This document shows, piece by piece, positions 58,641 to 64,000 of a DNA stretch of 64,000 bases (position 1 is the first letter of the stretch; each line of letters opens with the position of its first letter). This DNA is from Acidobacteriota bacterium. Lineage in GTDB: Bacteria; Acidobacteriota; UBA890. A program made the translations under genes and the position numbers. The notes under the pieces were generated by a model. The model made no database searches. It had not been told where the DNA came from and was given only the letters and a program-made list of their open reading frames with translations. The stretch lies in NCBI GenBank assembly GCA_965214245.1, contig CBDCBL010000009.1:961422-1025421 (forward strand), written 5' to 3'.

Positions 58641-58926
58641 GCACCTTGACCGTTCTGTCAACGGCCCAGCCTCCGTCGTTTTATTTGTCAGGGAAAAGCG
58701 AAGAAACGGAAGCCGGCCCCTACCGGGTCCAGGACCAATATCGCCAGGCGTACGGGGCCAGCATAGACGGAGCGGGCGCGCCGAGACGGCGGTGCCGGAT
58801 TGCGGTGATGTCGCGCATAGCGGTCGCTCCGTTGATGAAGCAGGATGGTAGCAACGTCGCGACACGACGGTCAATCGGCGCGGCAGTTTTAGCGTTGCCG
58901 TACCGACAGCTCTGCGAGCCGGCGGG
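58641..58926 (-). promoter_or_regulatory. 286-bp region immediately 5' of trpE and containing its promoter. No Trp-codon leader peptide or attenuator was recognised.
   Basis: This is the only sizeable non-coding gap in the trp / aro block. Small hairpins are present (for example CCGTT-gacag-AACGG just upstream of the trpE ATG). No functional element identified. Confidence 0.3.
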
Positions 58927-59757
58927 CTACCCGGCCTGGAACAACGCGCCGAGCATCGCGAACAACGTGCCGAACGCCCACAGGATGGCACCCAACACTA
59001 TCGCCATCCCCTTCGACAGCTTCAGCAGCGCCATCGAACCGGACACGATCAGTACCATCCACCAGAGGCTGAACAGGTCGATGCGCATGAACAGCGCGTT
59101 GAGCCAGCCCGGCGTGTCGCCCGAGAACCCGAGCAGCTCGAAGAGCAAGTCGAGACCGAGCGTCGGCGTCATCTCCTGGATGTCTTGGGCGCGGCGTATC
59201 TCCGGCGGATTCATCTGCAGGATGATGGTTACGTACGCGCTGTAAAGCAGCGGTTTGATGACCGCCGCGTCGCTGGCCAACGCGAAGCTGCGGCCGAACG
59301 TCACCTTGCCGCCCATGATCGTGGCGATCAGCCAGATCGTCAGGGCAACGACGGCGATCATCAGCAAGATGAAAAGGACGCCCGCGTAGGCAGTGATGTC
59401 GGCGACCCAGGCCATCGTTGCAGCGGACTGGCGTAACTGTTCCTCGGTTACGTCGCCCTGAGCCTGCATGGCCGAGCGGGCGCCGGCAATCATGGCCTGC
59501 CGGGTGAACGGCAAGTTGATGAACCCCAGAACGGTTTGCAGCACGCCGATCCAGAGGGCGATCCAGATACCCAGCAGCGGGCGGGCGTCGAGCGCTCTCC
59601 AGCAATCGGCCGGACCGAGAATGGCGTTGAAGAAGGGGCCGAAGATGGCCGCGGCGCCGCTGGGGGCCTCCTCGCCGTCGGAATAGGAGGGCTCCTCGGT
59701 GATGTCCGCCGTCACGGATTCCGATGCGGTGTCGTAGCCGTCCTGCTCGTCGCTCAT
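58927..59757 (-). CDS. Yip1-domain integral membrane protein.
   Basis: The start is taken at 'MSDEQDGYD', giving an acidic N-terminus, followed by five hydrophobic helices ('LLGIWIALWIGVLQTVLGF', 'VLFILLMIAVVALTIWLIATI' and others). Confidence 0.6.
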   Translation of the reverse strand: MSDEQDGYDTASESVTADITEEPSYSDGEEAPSGAAAIFGPFFNAILGPADCWRALDARPLLGIWIALWIGVLQTVLGFINLPFTRQAMIAGARSAMQAQGDVTEEQLRQSAATMAWVADITAYAGVLFILLMIAVVALTIWLIATIMGGKVTFGRSFALASDAAVIKPLLYSAYVTIILQMNPPEIRRAQDIQEMTPTLGLDLLFELLGFSGDTPGWLNALFMRIDLFSLWWMVLIVSGSMALLKLSKGMAIVLGAILWAFGTLFAMLGALFQAG

Positions 59758-59780
59758 GTCGCTCTCCTCATGGGTCGGCG

Positions 59781-61322
59781 TTATCCGGGATTCTCTCCCA
59801 AAGCTTCGAGCGCCGCGGCACGCAACCCGTCGAGCGGTTCGATCGAGCGGTCTCCGGTCAAAAGGCAGTACTGGGCGGCGGCCTGGCGGACGAACATTTC
59901 GAGGCCGTCCACGGTGGTGCAGCCCCGCGCCGCGGCTTCCCGCAACAAGACCGTGCGCCGCGGACGGTACACCATGTCGACGACAACCTCGGTTCCCTGG
60001 AGCCATGCGACGGGGAACGGCACCTCCGATTCGGCGCCGCCGCCCTGCATGCCGACCGGTGTGGCGTTGATGACGATATCGAACCTGCGGTCGGCGAGCT
60101 GCTCGAGCGGCGCCGACGCGCTGCCGGCGAACTGCGCCACCGCGTCAGCACGCTCGGCGGTTCGATTGAACACCGTCACCTCGGCGCCGGCTTGGCGAAG
60201 CGCCACCGCCGCGGCGCGCGCCGCGCCGCCGGCGCCGACGAGAGCAACAACCGAGGCGACCGACACCTCGACGACTGTTTCCGCCGCCTCGACGATCGCG
60301 GTGGCGTCCGTGTTGTACCCGACCCAGCCTTCGGGGCTCGCCACGACCGTGTTCACCGCGCCGATCTTCTCGGCGAGCGGATCGAGCTCCACGCAGCGGG
60401 CCGCCATCTCTTCCTTGAACGGCATCGTCACGCTCAAACCGCGAATGGCGGTTTGCTCGGCGAAGTCGACGATCGGGGCGAGCTGCGGCCCGGCCAGGGG
60501 CACATAGGCCAGATCGACGCCTTGCTCCTGAAACACGGCGTTGAACATCGCCGGCGACAGCGAGTGCGAAATCGGGTGGCCGATCAGGCCGCAGAACTCG
60601 GTACCCGTGCCCCATCCAGGCACTCGAAAGTCGTTGATCAGCCGGTCGACCGGCCACTGACCGGGCGCCACGGCCGCGGTCACCGACGGCGCCGCGTACA
60701 TGATGGCGGCGGCGTGGGCGACTGCCAGGAGGCGACTCGCCGCCCCCCCGTCGCCCATGCAAAAGCAGGTCGCCCGTTGCCCGCCGTCGGCCAGCGCGCG
60801 ACCTGCCTGCAACAGCGGCAGCGCCTCGGCGGGCGACTCCGCCGTCGCCACCAGCTTGGCGACGGACGGTCGCAGCTGCCGCACTCGCTGGACGCGTAAA
60901 TCCAGGTCCGCGGGGCGTGGCTCTTGCCAATGGTGCGAGACGACAACGGGGCACCTCGCCGCCGCAAGGAAGCCCTCGACCCAATCGGCATCGAGCTCGA
61001 CGTCAACGAAGGCTGCGCCGGACGCGGCGGCAATGTCGAGCAACGCCCGCCTGTCTTCCTCAGAGGCGGCGTATCCGCCGCCCTGCCACTTCGGCCGCAG
61101 CGTGAATCCCACAGGTGTCGGACCAGCCGTCACGACCCCCTGCAGATCATCGCCGCTGAGCGCCAGTGGATCGTCCAGGCTGTCGAGGCGCACCTCGATC
61201 AAGTCGGCGCCTTCGACACCGTGCATCTTGGCGCGCAGCGACGCGAGATCGGGCGCCCCCAGGCTCACACAGATCTGGCAGCGATCGTACGGCCACGGCG
61301 GCGGTTGGTTCGTATCGATCAC
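59781..61322 (-). CDS. Bifunctional 3-dehydroquinate dehydratase (type I) / shikimate dehydrogenase fusion.
   Basis: The N-terminal half has AroD-type motifs ('ICVSL', 'ADLIEVRLD'). The C-terminal half has AroE motifs ('GLIGHPISHSLSP', 'NTD', the NADP Rossmann 'ALVGAGGAARA'). A GTG start lies about 20 nt after the JAMM stop. Confidence 0.8.
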   Translation of the reverse strand: MIDTNQPPPWPYDRCQICVSLGAPDLASLRAKMHGVEGADLIEVRLDSLDDPLALSGDDLQGVVTAGPTPVGFTLRPKWQGGGYAASEEDRRALLDIAAASGAAFVDVELDADWVEGFLAAARCPVVVSHHWQEPRPADLDLRVQRVRQLRPSVAKLVATAESPAEALPLLQAGRALADGGQRATCFCMGDGGAASRLLAVAHAAAIMYAAPSVTAAVAPGQWPVDRLINDFRVPGWGTGTEFCGLIGHPISHSLSPAMFNAVFQEQGVDLAYVPLAGPQLAPIVDFAEQTAIRGLSVTMPFKEEMAARCVELDPLAEKIGAVNTVVASPEGWVGYNTDATAIVEAAETVVEVSVASVVALVGAGGAARAAAVALRQAGAEVTVFNRTAERADAVAQFAGSASAPLEQLADRRFDIVINATPVGMQGGGAESEVPFPVAWLQGTEVVVDMVYRPRRTVLLREAAARGCTTVDGLEMFVRQAAAQYCLLTGDRSIEPLDGLRAAALEALGENPG

Positions 61323-61342
61323 TGAGTCATCGTCCGCCGCGG

Positions 61343-61753
61343 TCACGCCGAGTCTCCTTCGATGGTCAGGGGGACGAAGCGGTCCCGCTCGAAGCGCCAG
61401 CACGCCGAGTTCGTCGATTCGCCGCCGGCGCAGGCGACGATCAGATAGAGCCAACGACCCCAGGCGTCTTGCCGATCCGTGCTCGAGGGTTCGGGCACGC
61501 CGTCGGGGTGAGAGTGATAAACGCCGAGCAGATCCTTGCCATTGCGAGGCGCTGCGCGCATCGCCTCGAACACCTGGTGAGCGTCGATGTGAAAGCGGTC
61601 GTCACGGGAAGCCCGATTGACGGCCGGTCGGGCCGCCTCGATCGAGTAGCCCGAGCCCTTGTCCTCACCCAGAAGAAACCCACAGGCTTCGGCCGGGTAG
61701 CGGCGGCGACACTCCTCTTCCACCTGCGCGCTGACCGAGTCGGGAACGCGGAC
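61343..61753 (-). CDS. JAMM/MPN+ metalloprotease of the Mec+ / CysO-type deconjugase family.
   Basis: 'EACGFLLGE' and 'LLGVYHSHPDGVPEPSSTD' form the JAMM motif E...HxH...S..D. The start is uncertain within about 25 nt. It lies immediately downstream of thiF / moeB. Confidence 0.75.
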   Translation of the reverse strand, partial: VRVPDSVSAQVEEECRRRYPAEACGFLLGEDKGSGYSIEAARPAVNRASRDDRFHIDAHQVFEAMRAAPRNGKDLLGVYHSHPDGVPEPSSTDRQDAWGRWLYLIVACAGGESTNSACWRFERDRFVPLTIEGDSA

Positions 61754-61757
61754 CTTG

Positions 61758-62564
61758 TCAGTCGCTGTTGTCACGGCACACCGCGACCGCGGTAGGTTTC
61801 TCGATCGACGGCTCGTCACCACACAGCGCGCAGCGGGTATCCCGCCGCACGCGGACCGAGCGAAACGAGTTCTCCATCACATCGATCAGCAAGAGGCGCC
61901 CGAGCAACGACGAGCCGAGGCCGATGATCAGCTTGATGGTCTCGGTGGCGAGGATCGTGCCGACAACCCCGGGCAGCGAAGCCAGCACGCCGGCCTCGCG
62001 GCATGGAGCCTGCTCGGGCGGCGGCACGGGGAACACACACCGGTAACAAGGCCCGAGCGGCGAGTGGATCACCGTGAGTTGGCCCTCGAACTGGTAAATG
62101 CTGCCGGTTACCAGCGGCAGCCCGCCGAGCACACAGGCGTCGTTGACCACGTAGCGTGTCGCGAAGTTGTCGCTGCCGTCGACCACGAGATCCCAACCAT
62201 CGATCAGCTCATCGACGTTCGACGCGCTCAGGCGCTCGACGATCGGCAGCAGCTCGACGTCGGGATTCATCTTCCGGAGGCATTCGGCGGCGGCCGTGGC
62301 CTTGTCGCTTCCGAGATCGTCGACACCGAAGAGGATCTGTCGTTGTAGGTTCGATCGATCGACGATGTCGTCGTCCAGCAGCCCGAGCCTGCCGACGCCG
62401 GCGGCGGCCAGATACTGGGCAGTGGGACATCCCAAGCCGCCGACACCGATCAGCAACACGCTGGAGTCCAGGAGGCGGCGCTGCCCCTCGACACCGATTT
62501 TCGGCAGTGTGAGGTGCGCCTGGTAGCGCTCTGTCTGCTCCACGGAGAGGCGTCCGCCGCTCAT
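61758..62564 (-). CDS. ThiF/MoeB/HesA-family E1-like adenylyltransferase.
   Basis: The Rossmann motif 'VLLIGVGGLGCPTAQYLAAAGVG', 'DRSNLQRQ' and C-terminal CxxC motifs ('CYRC', 'CALC') are present. Confidence 0.85.
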   Translation of the reverse strand: MSGGRLSVEQTERYQAHLTLPKIGVEGQRRLLDSSVLLIGVGGLGCPTAQYLAAAGVGRLGLLDDDIVDRSNLQRQILFGVDDLGSDKATAAAECLRKMNPDVELLPIVERLSASNVDELIDGWDLVVDGSDNFATRYVVNDACVLGGLPLVTGSIYQFEGQLTVIHSPLGPCYRCVFPVPPPEQAPCREAGVLASLPGVVGTILATETIKLIIGLGSSLLGRLLLIDVMENSFRSVRVRRDTRCALCGDEPSIEKPTAVAVCRDNSD

Positions 62565-63508
62565 TGCACCTTCTCGGATCCCGGCAAGTTCCAGTGGATC
62601 GGCGCCGAGCGTCGATAATCTTCGGACTCCACCTGGATGGTGGTGTGGGTGATCGAGAACTCGTCGCGCAGCAGCTGATTGACGCGGCCGAGCAGCGCGT
62701 CACACTCGGTCAACGAACCGAGGCGAACCTCGACGTGGCACGACAGCGCCGGCATGCCGGAGGTCAAACTCCAGATGTGCAGGTCGTGCACGCCGATGAC
62801 ACCGTTGAGCTTGGCGATGGCCACGCCGACTTCCTTGAGCTCCATGCCCGCGGGGATCGCCTCCAGCAGAACGTCGACCGACTCACGCAGCAGGCGATAG
62901 GCACCGATGATGATGATCACACCGATCAGAATCGACAGGATCGGGTCGATCAAGTAGTTGCCGGTCATCCACATGAAGACGCCACCGGCCACAACTGCCA
63001 CCGACGACAGCAAGTCGCCGAGCACGTGCAGATAGGCGCCGCGCATGTTCAGGCTGCCGTGATGACCCGACAGGAACATCAGGCCGAAGGCGTTGGCGAC
63101 CAGACCGATGGTCGCCACCAACAGCATCGTTCCGGTGGACACTTGCGGCGGTTCGAACAGGCGCTCGTAGCCCTCCCAAAAGATGAACAGCGACATGACC
63201 ACCAGCGTCACGCCGTTTACCAGGGCCGCTAGCACCTCGAGGCGGTACCAGCCGTACGTCTTTCGATGCGTCGGCGGGCGGGTGGCGAACCCCAACGCCA
63301 CGTAAGCAAGGCCGATGGCCAGCGCATCGGTGAGCATGTGTCCGGCGTCGGCAAGCAACGCCAAGCTGTTGGAAAGAATGCCGCCGACGACCTCGGCCAC
63401 CAGAATGGTCGCGGTGAGCCACAGCGCCATGCGCAGGCCGCGGCGTTCACCCTCGCGATGGCGACCACTGGCGTCGCCATGTCCGTGGTCGTGACTGTGG
63501 AGGTGCAT
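62561..63508 (-). CDS. Cation diffusion facilitator (CzcD / ZitB-like) metal efflux transporter.
   Basis: The N-terminus is His-rich ('HLHSHDHGHGD'). 'LADAGHMLTD' and 'HVLGDLLSS' are the transmembrane metal-site motifs. A cytoplasmic domain follows. Confidence 0.85.
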   Translation of the reverse strand: MHLHSHDHGHGDASGRHREGERRGLRMALWLTATILVAEVVGGILSNSLALLADAGHMLTDALAIGLAYVALGFATRPPTHRKTYGWYRLEVLAALVNGVTLVVMSLFIFWEGYERLFEPPQVSTGTMLLVATIGLVANAFGLMFLSGHHGSLNMRGAYLHVLGDLLSSVAVVAGGVFMWMTGNYLIDPILSILIGVIIIIGAYRLLRESVDVLLEAIPAGMELKEVGVAIAKLNGVIGVHDLHIWSLTSGMPALSCHVEVRLGSLTECDALLGRVNQLLRDEFSITHTTIQVESEDYRRSAPIHWNLPGSEKVQ

Positions 63509-63580
63509 GGGCGAATTCTAGCAGGCCGTGCCAATAGGGAGGTCGTTGCGACCACCGTGGCCGCAGGCTGCGAATCGGCC

Positions 63581-64000
63581 TCAGGCCGTTGCCGCGCGGC
63601 CGATAACTTGCAACAGGATGTGTGCTGCGTTCGCCGCGGTGATCTCCGTCGGATCGAGCGCCGGCGCCATCTCGACGAGGTCGAGCGCAACGACCGGCTG
63701 CCGATTCCAGATGGCCCGCAGCAGCTCGAGTACCTGACGGATGTCGGGCCCACCGGCTACCGGATATCCGGTGCCCGGCGCGTGCGCCGGATCGAGGACG
63801 TCGATGTCGAGGCTGATATACAGGTCCTTGCCGTCGGTCGCGTCGTGGATCTCCTCGGCCAATGCCTCGCCGCCCAGCTCTCTCCAGGGCGCCGCAGGAA
63901 CGACCAAGCCGGCGGTATCCATGATCTCGAGCTCCTCGACGGCATAGGAGCGCACTCCAGCGATGCAGGTGTCGCCGGCGGCGAAACCGGCACGGTCCCA
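63581..64000 (-). CDS. Arginase / agmatinase / formiminoglutamase-family ureohydrolase. Only the C-terminal part is in the window; the gene continues beyond 64000.
   Basis: 'DLYISLDIDVLDPAHAPGTGYPVAGG' is the S-x-D-x-D-x-x-DP-x-x-APG-T-G-T-P signature. The reading frame stays open to the window edge. Confidence 0.7.
   Translation of the reverse strand, partial: WDRAGFAAGDTCIAGVRSYAVEELEIMDTAGLVVPAAPWRELGGEALAEEIHDATDGKDLYISLDIDVLDPAHAPGTGYPVAGGPDIRQVLELLRAIWNRQPVVALDLVEMAPALDPTEITAANAAHILLQVIGRAATA

Noticed and set aside
58641-58926. Possible tRNA, T-box or Trp-codon leader attenuator upstream of trpE.
   Set aside because: No tandem TGG codons in a short leader ORF were found. No GGTTCGA-type T-loop and no T-box-like specifier / terminator were seen by eye. 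Only an Rfam search could settle this.
1-64000. CRISPR arrays, rRNA or tRNA genes, integrons, prophage modules, toxin-antitoxin or classical defence systems.
   Set aside because: No regularly spaced direct repeats were seen. No intergenic gap is large enough for an rRNA. Apart from the transposases there are no integrase, capsid, terminase, restriction-modification or Abi-type genes. Nothing supports these calls.

Overview
High-GC (roughly two-thirds G+C) bacterial chromosomal window with about 60 genes and no rRNA, tRNA or CRISPR array that I could recognise.

The first ~22 kb looks accessory:
- a YVTN beta-propeller fused to a phosphoesterase (partial at the window edge);
- a TAXI-TRAP transporter whose binding-protein gene is broken by three frameshifts, followed by an amidohydrolase_2 gene;
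- a cluster of secreted and periplasmic proteins: a heme-c (CxxCH) domain fused to a possible type-II copper-monooxygenase-like domain, a secreted unknown, a small membrane protein, a PQQ dehydrogenase and an NHL-repeat lipoprotein;
- a Hanks-type Ser/Thr kinase fused to a TolB-like propeller, plus a ~70-bp stub of a second kinase;
- a cluster of insertion sequences: an IS110-type remnant and two tandem IS3-family elements.

The remaining ~42 kb is mostly minus-strand housekeeping:
- metG, an endonuclease-III-like gene, glyQS, and a manB/manC/DegT block;
- an enolase-superfamily racemase next to a GNAT-like gene, Nif3, and an M16 peptidase pair;
- nhaC, a YqeY-like gene, plsC, rhomboid, and an amidohydrolase_3 gene;
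- a four-gene lipoprotein / HAMP / pseudopilin / HAMP-GAF-HD-GYP operon;
- a metB-like gene, sucCD, and a contiguous aromatic supraoperon (trpEGDCFBA, chorismate mutase, DAHP synthase);
- a Yip1-like gene, an aroD/aroE fusion, a ThiF/JAMM pair, a cation diffusion facilitator, and a partial ureohydrolase.

Several apparent frameshifts fall at G/C homopolymer runs, so indel errors in the assembly are likely. Gene ends are uncertain by a few codons throughout.
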